From Camelus dromedarius (Eukaryota): a stretch of 64,000 nucleotides of DNA. The translations under genes and the position numbers were made by a program. Positions 12,330-24,949 of the stretch are shown here, piece by piece (within the stretch, counting starts at the first letter, position 1; every line of letters starts with the position of its first letter). The notes beneath the pieces are model-generated. The model searched no databases. It worked only from the letters and a program-made list of their open reading frames with translations, and was not told the DNA's origin. The stretch lies in assembly GCF_036321535.1 (NCBI RefSeq), contig NC_087442.1:63922001-63986000 (forward strand). The letters run 5' to 3'.

Positions 12330-14587
12330 ACTGAGCAATGCTTCTTACCTCCTTCCCACCCAAAATGCCACATAGTTACAGAAAAGATATTTTTCAAAAA
12401 TAGTAAATCAGGAACAGAGATGGGAACCAAAAAAGAGTGCAAATATCTAATCAGATACTTTGAGGAATTCTAAAAGATAAAAAGTAAACAAAATCAAAAT
12501 TTCAGAGAAAAGACTGAAGGAACTTAAAGTCCTAACATGTAGGAGAAGACTAGTACAGATAAAAGAAGCAAGACTCTCCAGGTAAATATGAGACTAATCA
12601 ACACAGTTGAGCACATGGTGTCCTCCCAAGCAAACTGCAGGAAATTCTGCAGAGGAGACAGCTGAGAATGTAGGTATTCCGGCTAGCAGGAGAGAGCAAG
12701 GACTAAAGTTGCCAATATCTAGAAAAAGGATGACATCCCCCATGCCCAAATTTTAATTCTTGGGCACATAATCACTAGAGACAACTTATAGAAAACAGAA
12801 TAAGCTGACAGCAATTCTCAAATACAAAAATGAGTATGCAAGCAAAAATCACAAATCATTTCAGAAAAGAAAGCATAAAATTCAATAGGCAAATAAGCTA
12901 AACCCTGATAAGAGAGCTGACACTGCAAAGGTAAGAATAACTTTTAATAAAAATAGCCAGTGCTTCAGAGAGATTTAAGAATATATCACAACCTTGAAAA
13001 AGAAATATAATGGTTATTTAGAGATTAAGTATTTAATCAGCGGAAAAAACATGCATAGGCAGTGAATAAAAGAATGGACATAGGTGAAAAAGTAATAAAC
13101 TGAACATTCGAACATAATCCTCCCAGAAAACTCTAGGGAGAGGTAGCATCTAAACGGAAACATTATTCAACAAGCAAAATATTTTTTAGACAATAATGGC
13201 TGAAGAAAGACAATCCCAATATTCAAAACCATTTTCCCTTTTCATTTTGAAAATATTCCTTGTCTTTTTTCAGCCATTTTATCTCAATATAAGATGTAGC
13301 TGGAGTGATGGGGGAAGTGCAGGAAGGCAAGAAAAGATAAAAAAGGAGAAATAAAAGCATGCTGAGACTTACTGGATTGTTTAGGATAGACTGCAGATAC
13401 TGATTAACTCCAAATGCATAAGTTTTAGTGTATTTCTTAACATTTAAAAGGTAATTGCTGGAATAAGTAAGATGTACAAATTCCAAACAAATTAAGGAGG
13501 GAAGAAATAGAAGAAAAAAAGTACAAGGAAGAAGGGGGAAGAGGGTAAGGAATGAGAAGTTAAGAGAAATGGAGGGGTATGCAATAAGAAAGCATATTAA
13601 GTAAAAAAGCATAAAATAAGAAGGAAGTTAAATCCAAACATATCAATAATTATAATAAATATAAATTTTAAAACTCTGTTTATTAACAGAAAGTTCTTTG
13701 ATTGGAAAGACAAAGAAAATCTAGCAACATGCTAGAGAGAAGAGACAAAATTAAAACAAAAGTAAATCTGAAAATAAAGGAACATGGAGAAAATGTAGAA
13801 AAAAAATTTTCCCCATGCATTACAGCAATATTGATGGTAGACAAGACAGAATTCACAAAACAGCAAATAGATTAAATTAGTATATCCTATAAATATGAAC
13901 ATTAAAATCCACCAAGCAATTTAATAATCATAAACTAGTATGAGCCCAACAACATAGTTTTGTAGTGTATCAAACTGCTGGTAGCAATAAAATGAGAAAT
14001 TATCAAATCCACAGTGATAACTGGAGATAAACATACATCACTCAGACCTCACAGAGCAAGCAGATGACCAATAAGTAAGGGATATATAGTCTTGAATATT
14101 AGAATTAACATCTTAATCTAATATACATATTAATATATATTCTTTTCAAGTATATATTTAACATTCACAAAAAATGGCCAGATAAGCCCTCCAAAAATCT
14201 CTGAATACTTCTTCTGAACACAATGCAATAAATGAGAGAATATGGATAAAAGGAAAATTTATCCTTTAAGTTGTTTAGCCACATGGGCTAAAAAGAAAAT
14301 CAAAATTGAAAATTCATAAATAATTATGTGGCACTGAGGATATGACATTTTAAGACCAATGGGATGCAGCCAAATTAGTATCTATAACAAATCTGAATAT
14401 ATGTACACAGAACAGAAAAGAAGAAAAGTTGAAAGTATAATTTGAACAGCTGGAAAAGGAACAAGAAAAGACACAGTACGAAGGAATTAATAAAGAAGAC
14501 GGACCATCTATTTTTTTCTTCAAGAAACTTGTAAAGTACCAACCATGTGTTGAGTTGCATCAAGTAAAACTTAATGGAAAATTACAT
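12330..14587 (+). mobile_element. Degenerate old L1 (5' end/ORF1 to early ORF2)
   Basis: A-rich. Segments atccaaacatatcaataattataataaatataaa, ataatcataaactagtatgagcccaacaacatag and aaatccacagtgataactggagat resemble the L1 endonuclease region. Many stop codons. Confidence 0.7.
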
Positions 14588-14791
14588 NNNNNNNNNNNNN
14601 NNNNNNNNNNNNNNNNNNNNNNNNNNNNNNNNNNNNNNNNNNNNNNNNNNNNNNNNNNNNNNNNNNNNNNNNNNNNNNNNNNNNNNNNNNNNNNNNNNNN
14701 NNNNNNNNNNNNNNNNNNNNNNNNNNNNNNNNNNNNNNNNNNNNNNNNNNNNNNNNNNNNNNNNNNNNNNNNNNNNNNNNNNNNNNNNNNN
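14588..14791. other. Assembly gap (N x204)
   Basis: Run of N. Confidence 1.
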
Positions 14792-16209
14792 AAATCAGAA
14801 TGAGAAGTCTGTATGTTTCCTTTTGTGCTCCTTTAAGAATAAATCCAATTTAAGTTTTAGAAAAAAGTAGCAGCAGAAAATTACCTCTTTAGTCCTATTA
14901 AGAGATAAACTGCTAATGTGCATTTAAAGCAAGCACAAGACACACAAAATTGGTAATAGAATAGGAAGCTAATATTTTCTCTTCCTATAAAGGCACAAAA
15001 TTTTCTAAAAATGATATATTTCACTCTTCACACACTGCCTTATATAAGTTGATGTAATCATTTTAAGGCATAGATCCTATTAAACTTACCACTTGAAGAA
15101 ACTGAGTTGAGGAAATTAGAAAAACAAGAATACTCTTTTTTAGCCTACATCCCATTTATCTACAAGAAAAATCAAATAAGAGATGCTAATGGTACAAAGT
15201 ATTCTATTTATCTAATGGAATGGATTTGGATGCATTAGCTACCGTGGTTAAAGTACATTCTATTAACAATGTGATGGTAGAAAATTAATATTTTGCCACA
15301 TTAAGTGGAAAAACAGTCAATGGGATTTTCCCTGTGAAACTGGTAAGCACACATTGTGGAAATATACTGTAATTTACTGATCAATCATGCTAGTACCATA
15401 TGAAGAATCACACACATGTGATACCTCTCTAAAAGTTGTTCTAGTCAACAAAAGAATGGGACTATGGAACAGACCACGTCTATGAGATAGTCTGAGCTTT
15501 AAGAGTTAGATTCTTGTAAAGTTGGTCTCCTATTTTAAGTACACAGAAATGTTCTGATCTGTAATTACTATGCATATAAATAATGAATCCAAATGCCAAG
15601 TGTTTAAAGAGGCCAATAATACACTTCTCCCTATCAAATGAGCAAACTAAGAATAATTCAGAAAGAGAAGCCCTATTCTGTTTGATAATTAAAATTCAAG
15701 CTTTTGGTTTGCCTTTCTTTTTTCTTGCAACTTTATTAAATCATGACATTGAAACAAAGATGCTAGATCAAACCAATATATAGTCAACCCTGAACATTAT
15801 TTTGGCTCTTTGACATCAGGTGCATGGATAGATGAGAAACAGCTTTATGGGGCAACTATTCTCTGCTTATCGCTTCCCTACTTAAGTGCAGGTTAGAAAT
15901 AGCACTTTAGAGAACTGGAAATACAGAGGGCTAATCAGCAATTATTAACAGACACTAACTGCACAGAGATGTAGAATTTAATGAGATAATGTTAATACAT
16001 TTTTTTAAAAAGAATAAAGGTACAGAGGACAATCAATTGTCTGGATCAGTGGAGGGGAACATTGGCATGAATAATGAAAAAGTCAAGATAATATTCCAGC
16101 TGAAAGGTGTTTGCCATCCCGCCCTGAAGGAGACGCTCCTGGCCCTTGCTAGTTCTAGTTCATTGTTGTGCAAGCAACAAAAACAACCAGCTAAAATCAA
16201 ATGTTTATA

Positions 16210-16415
16210 GTGTTCCATGCTTTGAGTTTATCACTTTAAATACATTACCTAAATTTAATCTATCACCCTAAGGTTGGTTCTATTAGTATCCCTCTTTGAA
16301 AGGAAGAATTTAAGATGGGAGAAATAAAGTCACTCATCTAAGATCCTATAGCTAACTGCAGAGCTAGAATTCAAACCAAACTGATGTGAACTGAAAACTT
16401 ATTTTCTTCACCACC
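16210..16415 (-). mobile_element. MIR
   Basis: tattagtatccctc...ctaagatcctatagctaactgcagagctagaattcaaacc resembles the reverse MIR core. Confidence 0.55.
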
Positions 16416-18489
16416 ACTATTACATTGGCAGAATCTTCCCATGGAGACCTAACTCCCACCTGAATGGAGGAGATAGCAAACCATTCTTAAGTCCAAAATC
16501 CACTGAAATCCTATGTCTAGAAATAAAGATGGTGTTTTGAACTGTATTTTTATAAACCGCATGAGGATACCTCAGCATTCACTGTAATGATACCATAATA
16601 TGGTTCTAAGAATGTCTACAGTTTAACACTGAATTCACTGAAAATTTACTTTAACTGTCATACATAATCCTTTACTTAAGATTGTTGATGACCCCCTGAA
16701 CTGTAGAAAAACCACAAGTAAGAACCACTGCTCTATCACATTATCCTAATAATTGGAGAGTGGGTGTGAGGGTAAGGTGGGAAGAATTCAATCAGAACTG
16801 TGCGACGTCCTTAAACAAGGGTTTGAGTCAAACCTTCCCTGGCTAATTTTTCTTCTGCCTTTGATATTCACAATAGGCTCTACCATCCTATATTTCTAAC
16901 ACTTCTAAATCCAGCCACACTAAGATAATTTATAGTTGATGTGTAACTTGGTTACAAAATAGATCTAAATGCTAGATGGAAGGATAAACCCACCCACCAC
17001 ACGTGCTAACAACCTGATACGGTGGCTTCGTTCTATCTGGGAATTTCCCAGTCTCCACAAGAAGGAGGCAATGCCATGATGAGATCCCCAAGGATGAGCA
17101 CCTGAGAACTGAAGTGAGACTCTCATTTTCAGGTCTGTACCCTCCTCCTCTCTTTCCAAATTGGGCTTGCCTATCATGAGATGTAGATTTTTTTTAATGA
17201 GGGAAGGAAGTAAATTTGGAGGAATTTGTGGAATGTATAGAGGATCCTAATCTGAAAATATGTTCTCTTCAAGCTTAAATTATGATAGCACAGTTCAATG
17301 AAATACTTTCTAAATTGGGCAGAAGACAGGCAGTCTCACATCGCACTCCCAATAGTTCTAGCTATTAAAGAGCACAGTGGGTTGGAAGAGGTGGTAGAAA
17401 AATAGGAGCAAGTTTGTCCTGTCAGTGATACTAAGTACGTCCCAGGGACAAGGCCCAGGAAGAGTAGGCACTCAAAAACATCTGAAACAAATAAACACAA
17501 TCTGTCAACACCTCTTGAAATATACCAATGTAATAAAATCACATTCTTTAAATTCTGCTTAAATTTTAAAGCAACACTGCCTGGACAAAATCAGGAAGTA
17601 GCAACGAGTGTGGTGGTCACTAAGGTCCAGGCATTCCTGGTTCCTTGACTTCGTGACTCCTCACATAGACAATGACCAGTATGCGAGCAGCAGAGAGATG
17701 AATACAGAGTTAGGAAGATGCACTAATGAATAGTAGTTTCTACCAGTCTTTCTAAGAAACAAGAGTGGCTATCCTGCTTTCCTCACTAAAACAGGGGTGG
17801 CAATGCCACACCTCTACTCACTTCCTCCCTCCCTCCCAGCCGCACTCCTGGAGCCTATTCAGGATAACTAACACTCTCAAAGAAATAGCAATAAAATAAA
17901 GATATGACATTAATCCTGGTGGTCCTTAGGTAAAGGAACTCCTTTGAGGCTTATCAGCCTTAAAAAAAATCTTTAAAAATAACAAAATCTAAGTTTATAA
18001 AACCCTCTTGCCAGTGAGTATGAAATGATCAAACCCATACACTGTTGGGCAGGGTGTCAGATGGTGTTACACAAGAATGTGTAACCACCTCCATTTTCTG
18101 TCAAGAATCCAAAGGAAAACCGTCTTTCCATGAGAAAGAGTATAATAAAATTCCCCTTCCCGTTGCAATGAGGGAGAGAACAAAAAGGCAGGAAGCAGAA
18201 AGGACTCAGGATAAAACAGAATACTATAGCATGGAGTTAAAAAAGAAAAGGGAACTATTTCCAGCTCTAGCAGGAAAGAGCAAAGACCTTTCTTCCAGGG
18301 CATAGAGAAGGGAAGCAAAAACTCCCCAAATGAAAAGAAGGCAAAGCAGCTTCCATACAAAGTAATATAAACACTCTGACATATAAGAAAGGCACCTCAG
18401 GGTGGACCAGGGAAGGGTAAACCCAGAAAGAAACTCTCAGGAAAGAGGACCTAAAAGAAGTTAACATTGTAATAGGAGAGAAACAGTGG

Positions 18490-19470
18490 AAATTTCGAGT
18501 TAAACATGGTAGCTTGAACACAAGTATTTATCTCTCCCCCTTACCAATATGTACTAAAATGATAGTAAAGTTATAATCCACAAGGGCAAACAGAATGAGT
18601 AAGGAGAAGATTTCAGACAAGACACAAACAAGAATTTCAAGATGGGAGACAAATGGATAGGAGGTCATGGACAAGGATGATGACCAAAGATGGAAACCAA
18701 TAAGAAATAAGTCAATTCTTAACTTCAGAACCCCAGAAACACTCAAGAATTGGAGGCTGAACTTCAAGGAGAGGACAAAAACAAAATGATCTGTTGGAGT
18801 GGATTTAAGGAACAGGTCATTTCCCCTAGACTCTCCCAGTCAGATGTCTGCTCCTCCCTGAGCCCAGCACAGGTTTATTCTCTGAAGAGGTTGGACCTGA
18901 GAGACTCGGAACTGGGACACCAAGCACCATGGAAACCAGGATAAGATCCAGACTGAAAGAAAATGAAGCACAAAATGAAGCACAAGAACTCCCTTCTTGA
19001 TCATCTCAGAATAACAGCAGGTAGGCTTACATACCCTAAAAAACAGACTGCTCAATCACCTTTGGAGGAATGCAGGAAAGCCTCTAGACAGCAACTTGGA
19101 GATCAACCAGTCCAGACTGGATGAGGACAACAGAGGACCCCAAGGATGATCTCAGGGGGAAGAAAAACTGACAGATTGCCTGATTCTCATTTGTTTCAGA
19201 GGAGTTTTAAAGTTTTATCAAATAGTTTGGGACTTCAATTTACGATTAAAATTCTATTAATTAACCACATTAATTAGGAATAAGTGAAAAGAGGAGGCAA
19301 TTACAACTAGGAAAATCAAAAAGTTGTGCAAGGAAAGAAATGTACTCATAGTACACTATATGGCCTCACTAAGAACAGTATTTACATCACCATAAGATTG
19401 TAAATACTGGATATTAATTAAAGCCAAAAAGTAGGGGAAACATACTTGGGGATAGGAATATAGCAGAGAA
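18490..19470 (+). mobile_element. Old L1M/L1ME 5'-end fragment
   Basis: aaacatggtagcttgaacacaagtatttatctctcc...actaaaatgatagtaaag is a typical L1ME-type 5' end, followed by purine-rich degenerate sequence. Confidence 0.55.
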
Positions 19471-19479
19471 AAATCCTGT

Positions 19480-19900
19480 CTTGATGTGGTCTTTTGTACC
19501 CTGTAAATCACTAGTTATATCTAGATACTTGTTCAGATTCAGGTAAATTCTGTCCATAGTTACTGTATATTTCTATCAGGACATCATAACGTCTTGCTGT
19601 CCCTCTTCTGGTGATGTTAGCAGGTATTGATAATCATTTCCTAGATGTATTAATTCCTCAGGGGTTGCCCAATGGTAATTCCTAAATCTATTATTCTTTC
19701 TTGATTTATTAGTGGGATTACTACGAACAGAGAAACTTCCCTTCATCAATGACTAGTTTACTGTGAGCTAAGTTTCCTATAGGAATCATTGAAAAGAAAT
19801 GCTTAGTCATTTGCTTTACTTAGTAGTTTTCAACACTATTATTTGTTTTTATAATGGTGTCTATTGGGTTGTGTATATTAATGTTATAACCTGCAATTTG
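19480..19900 (-). mobile_element. L1MC-type 3' region fragment
   Basis: catcataacgtcttgctgtccctcttctggtgatgtta...attaattcctcaggggttgcccaatggt...agagaaacttcccttcatcaa. Confidence 0.6.
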
Positions 19901-20829
19901 GCTAGCTTCTCTCATTGTTTATAGTATTTCTACTCATTCTTCTAAGTTTTCTGATGTATCATCATAAATCTGCAATGAAGATAATTTTACCTCCTTCTAG
20001 CTTGCTTTCATTATCTGTAGAGATGTTATTCTCCTTTCTCTCTCTCTTTCATACTTTTATAGAAGATTCAGCCATAATTTTTCTACTGCTTATTTTTAAG
20101 TAAAATGAAGTTTTCAGTAGCTTGAGGGGCAATGGCCAAGACAGAGTTTCTAGCTTAATGAAATAAAGCTCTTGCTCTGTTTTCATGAAGTGAAAAAAAA
20201 AAAAAAGACAATCTCACACACATCGAGATTTTGCCATCTGCTTCGCTTCAACACTTCTTTCTGGACTTTCTCTTTCCTTTTTCCCCTATTGAACGCACCC
20301 TGTACAGAAGTCTACTCCAGCACTTTCTACTTAGTGCAGGGCTCTGTCTTGAAAAGGAACTTAATTTGATATTCTAGGGAAGTCACAGGAGACCAGCAGA
20401 CACCCCATGGTCTCCATGCACTATCTGCTCACAGGAGCCATCAAAGTCCCCTCCCAGCTGCTGCTGCTCTCCTGAGGACGGCCCGATGAGCCACCAGTAT
20501 GTGTCAGATGGCAGTTTTGGGGTTTCCTGGCTCTGAGAGGAGTCACTAGGTCCCTGGCCTTCCTTGACCTTCCTCCCTCACACCTTCTGATATCACATGT
20601 CTCTTAAAACTATTCATGATTTGTTCCCCTCACTCCTACTTTGAGGTTCATGGAGATAGCCTGTCACCTATATTTGTTGCTGATGTTAGCCACTGGTTTT
20701 GGTGTTACTGTGCTAGTTGCTCGGTCTAACTATAGGATGGGTTTCAAAACTATGCTACTGCCATCCTCCCAGAGTCCTCTCCTACTCGATATTTTAAGCT
20801 ATGTTCAAGCATTACTTTAATAAAAATAA

Positions 20830-21296
20830 AACTTAACTTTAAAGAGGGAGAAATACAGAATGCATCAGACAGACAAGTCTAACTTTCCTTGATAAGAATT
20901 TGAAACAGTTCATTATTAAAAATTAAAAATAAATATCAAAATCCCACATAGTTATAATTTATACTATGATGTACATACACACTGACTTTTAAAGCTGTAA
21001 GACCCCCAGTGGCAGCAAGCACACCCACAACCTATTTCCGTTTCTAAATACTATTTGCCAAAATAAAAAGAAACGGAGCTTTTTGGAGAAATGGCCAATT
21101 CTAGGCCTGTGGCTAGAAAAACACAATACAAGCCAAGAGCAACTTGTAGGACAAGAAAGTAAGGAAGTGTTATAAAAAAAAAACAAAAACCAAAACCAAA
21201 GGGATGAAGACATCTCAAAAGGACACAGGGGCCAACTAAAAAGGGTTCCCAATGGCCAAAGCAGGAACAACTTGAGCAAGAAAAGAAATAATATAC
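20830..21296 (+). mobile_element. L1MC/L1MD 3' region fragment
   Basis: ttggagaaatggccaattctaggcctgtggc...agaaagtaaggaagtg...aaaggacacaggggccaac...cccaatggccaaagcaggaacaacttgagcaa. Confidence 0.75.
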
Positions 21297-21310
21297 CAAT
21301 AGATAAAAAC

Positions 21311-21437
21311 TAGGATTGCAGATAAAATACAGGACAATTAGTTAAATTTGATTTTCACATAAAAAGTGAATAATTTTTTAGGGTAAGTATGCCTTATTGC
21401 ATTATCTGAAGTGCCAATTTCTGTATATCATTCAGGT
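21311..21437 (+). mobile_element. MER53-like palindromic hAT MITE, truncated
   Basis: taggattgcagataaaatacaggacaattagttaaatttgattttcacataaaaagtgaataattttttagggtaagtatg matches the left arm of recalled MER53. Confidence 0.75.
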
Positions 21438-21831
21438 TGACATACAATATTATTAAGATAACTATATAGTAAAATATAGATAATTATCTTTCCATAATAG
21501 AGGCTTAATCATTCTCAACAATTCCTTTCATTTCTTCTAAATGATATTAAATCTAAAAATGATCCCTGAAGTTAGTAACGTATCTGTGACCTAGATGGAC
21601 ACTACCCTGCAATCATAGACAAGATTACAAAGGCCAGTTTGGAGAAAGCCAGATAGTTGAGTCTCCTCACAAATGTTGTGTTAAAAATATTTTTAGCTTC
21701 ATTAACACAAAATGTGATACAAGATTTGTGCAGTGTCATATACTTTAATTAAATTAACATGTCAATATTCTCTTCACAGTGGACATTTCTTGTTCTGGGT
21801 CCTCATGGAATTCAGTATCTAAAATGTGTGA

Positions 21832-21915
21832 GGTAGAGCGCATGCATAATGGCTCAGTGGCAGAGCGCATGTTTAGCATGCACAAGGTCCGGGATTCAAT
21901 CCCCAGTACCGCCAT
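21832..21915 (+). mobile_element. tRNA-Ala(AGC)-derived short SINE, copy 1 (5'-rearranged, no tail)
   Basis: tggctcagtggcagagcgcatgtttagcatgcacaaggtccgggattcaatccccagtaccgcca, flanked by a 12-bp TSD taaaatgtgtga (21820-21831) / taaaatttgtga (21916-21927). Confidence 0.9.
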
Positions 21916-22726
21916 TAAAATTTGTGAAATGGAGTATGTTTCTTAGTAAGAAGACAGAATCAAAATTCTAAGGCCATGTCTATCAAAAAGTTCTTAAGTG
22001 TAGGTTAAATCTGAAAATTCCTTAATTTCAAAAGATCATAAGGTTTGTTCGTTTGTTTTTTACAATGTTAAAAGCAGGCCAGTCTTGGCAAAATGAGTTT
22101 CAGTAAAATTTTTACACTCAAAAAGCAGCAATCACCTCAGAACTTTATTCCTCCTTAAGTCAAAAGGCAAGACTTGTCTTGATTCAGTTTGAGTGTAGAA
22201 AATTTCATTGTGATGAACGGGATTTATCTTTAAGAAGATCAATCTCAATATCAAGCTCTTAAATTTTAAAATATTGACAGTGGAAATAACCAGGAATAAG
22301 ACAAGTGAACAAAATTTAACATGTATTCAGAAATGAAATTCTTTGTTAATCTGCCACATTTGAAACTATCCTTCCAGTACAAACACAGTAAAGTTCAAAA
22401 TCCTCTCCAAGGGTTTGAAATATCAAAAGATCTTTAATTATAAATTCCTCTAACTGGAAACAACTAGAAAAAAATAATTTTTCCAAAAATAAGTTGAATC
22501 ACTTCTCATTTACTTGCTGGGTACTTATGAATAAAGAGTCTGTATATAGTTGGCACTTGCGCACGTACACGCTCTTTCTCTCTTCCAAAAACATTAAGCC
22601 ACCTGGGGAGAGAATGCATAATAATGCACTGACAGAGCTACCTGCCGCCTTCCTGCACAGCGTGCCACTACTACAAGAGGGCCGCTCCTTCTGTTCACCA
22701 CTGATAAGTGAGAAGGCTGCGCTTAC

Positions 22727-22972
22727 CGAGCTGGGGCTGGAGTGCCGCCGAACTTTAGGAGACTCTTTGACAGTGGAGGAGGTCTTGAAGTTAATGCAAG
22801 CATTGTTCTCAGAATGCACCCTCTTTACTTGGTTAGCTGGTTTCTCAAAGGGGTCAAAAGTGCTCTGTGTCCTCTGAACCCTGACTTTTTTATCCTCAGG
22901 AATTGTGTCCAGGGGTTTGATCACCGAGTCCATTCCCGGGCAATTCCGTGTAGACATCTTTGCGACACATAT
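22727..22972 (-). CDS. CDK14: CDK14 (PFTAIRE-1) internal coding exon, 246 nt, phase 0/0; N-terminal regulatory region upstream of the kinase domain
   Basis: Minus strand reads ...TTTAATTTCTTTTTTACCTCCAG|ATA TGT GTC GCA AAG ATG TCT... and ends ...CCC AGC TCG|GTAAGC. Translation ICVAKMSTRNCPGMDSVIKPLDTIPEDKKVRVQRTQSTFDPFEKPANQVKRVHSENNACINFKTSSTVKESPKVRRHSSPSS matches my recall of mammalian CDK14. It has a polypyrimidine tract, AG acceptor and GT donor. The track ORF 22499..22957 reads through the donor into intron. Confidence 0.97.
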
Positions 22973-24390
22973 CTGGAGGTAAAAAAGAAATTAAACTCAG
23001 AACTCTCCACTGACACTTCAGTATCACTAAACATACTGATTTATTATCCTAGAAAGCATGCCAATGTTTGATATCAGGAAACACTCCGAAAGGCCACATT
23101 CTAAAAGCTACACCAGCTTAAATCATAATATGAAAAACTCCTCGTAGTCATTCTGCTTATACTCACTTAGGGCTGAGTATAAAAATGCTATTCCTAAAAC
23201 AAGACGTTTAAGGCCTAGACCGCCAGTGCCCTTGGGGGTTCCTGCACTCTGTCACATATTTTACCATCTGACTGCAAGTGGGATTATTTCTGAATCAGTA
23301 AGAAACTGGATAACTTGCCTTAATAAAAAAAAAAATTAGTTGAGCTAAATCAGATCATTATTTTAATTAACTGATGGATCATCATGGAAGCAGTTAACAG
23401 GGCTAGATAAAAAAAAGATTATGTTCTTCAAAACTTTAATGCTTGAATACATGTTTAAAAACATAGCCCCTGCTTGATTTCATCTCCAAATTAGATTGGA
23501 GCATAGTAAAGGCTGATGGTTAGAGATACTGAAAGTTGAAAACAATGTTTTTCCTAATACCAAAACTAATGGATGAAAGGGAATAATACTGTAAAAGAAA
23601 AACTTTGAACAACACTCAGTATGTTTCAGTCAGGTAGCATCTCATTTAGAGGACTTGCCTGATGATTACAAAAATCAGTGCAAACTATACGCCTGTGGAA
23701 AACCAGCTTCTCTGAGGCCATTAAGACAGAAAAATGGCAGCCTAATCCTAATTTTTAAGAAGAAAATATGTCTCAGCAAAATTTTCTAGACTTAAAATAT
23801 CTCCTACAAACATTCTTAAGCATTTCACATTTATCATTTTCACCACCTATCAGCGAATGACTAAATACAAATAGAAAAAACAATCGTGACAAGCTTCTGG
23901 GAAACAGTGTACTTGTACAAACATTTGCCTTTGGTTGTGATTTTACTTACTACATTCATAAACATATTTCTTGTTCATTAGTTCCTAAATCATATAATAA
24001 TTTTAAAATAATATCCCATAGTGGTTTGCAGAGTATCATATTTTCCAGGCAGCCCATCAGAAGAACACATTTGAGACTCAGTATCTTGTTATCCAGTTAC
24101 ATGCAGGAAAGGATGCTGTCTACATCACCATCACTGCACCCTTTTTTTATAGTGCATCACTCAGTGCCTGGCTCACAGTAAAGCTTAATAAGGTTCTGTC
24201 GAATTAATCAATCAGATTTAAGAAGATTCATCCAAATCAGCAATCTTCACATTCTCTTGCTAAAAGGGCTGAAGCTCTGATTATTTATTATCCAAAATCT
24301 ACTGCCAAAAAACCCCCAGCAGTCTTAACACAAAAATGTTCATAAAGTGTCATCAATAAAAGTAAGATTTTATTTTTACTACAAGCTCAT

Positions 24391-24949
24391 TATGATAGGC
24401 AGAACTCTACAATGACACCCAAGGCCCCCTCACCTTGAATAATCCCTTCCCCTTTGAGTGTGAATAAGATATCACTCCCATGATTCTGTTATGACAGACT
24501 ACTGTGGGTGGGCCTGACCTAATCAGGTGAGCCCTCGAAAAGCAGAGCATTTTTTCTGGTTGGCTGCCTAAGAGAAAGTTGGAGATTTGGCTTGCCAGGA
24601 AGAAAGAAAACATTTCATGTCATGAACTGCCTACTGGGGCCACATGGCACAGAACTGGGGGGCAGCCTCTAAGAGCTGATAGTGGTCACTAAGAATCAGC
24701 AGGAAAATGGGGACCACTGTCCTACTAGCACCAGAAAATGAGTTCTGCCAGTGAGCTTGTAAGAGCATTCTGAGTCCCAGGTGAGACCCACAACCACAGT
24801 CAATACCTTGATTTCAGTCCAATGAGCCCTAGGGCAGAGAAACCAGCTACACCACGCTTGGACTTTTATTTAAACTACAGAAAATGTGAGATAATAAACT
24901 AGTAAGTTTGTGGTAATGTGTTGTTACACAGCACTAGACAACTAATACT
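24391..24949 (+). mobile_element. MLT1 (E/F-like) solo LTR, near full length
   Basis: Starts tatgataggcagaactct; internal gggtgggcctgacctaatcaggtgagccc and gcagcctctaagagctga; ends gtttgtggtaat...gttacacagcactagacaactaatac. Confidence 0.88.

Noticed and set aside
21832-21915. tRNA-Ala(AGC) gene (also at 35128 and 40340)
   Set aside because: Anticodon and acceptor stems are mismatched. TSDs, A-rich tails and nesting in L1/L2 indicate retroposed SINE copies.
22499-22726. C-terminal part of track ORF 22499..22957 (VSAAFSL...)
   Set aside because: Read-through past the GTAAGC donor at 22726; does not resemble CDK14.
1-22726. Next CDK14 exon ([29 protein letters not shown])
   Set aside because: I searched by eye for its reverse complement and did not find it; probably left of position 1.
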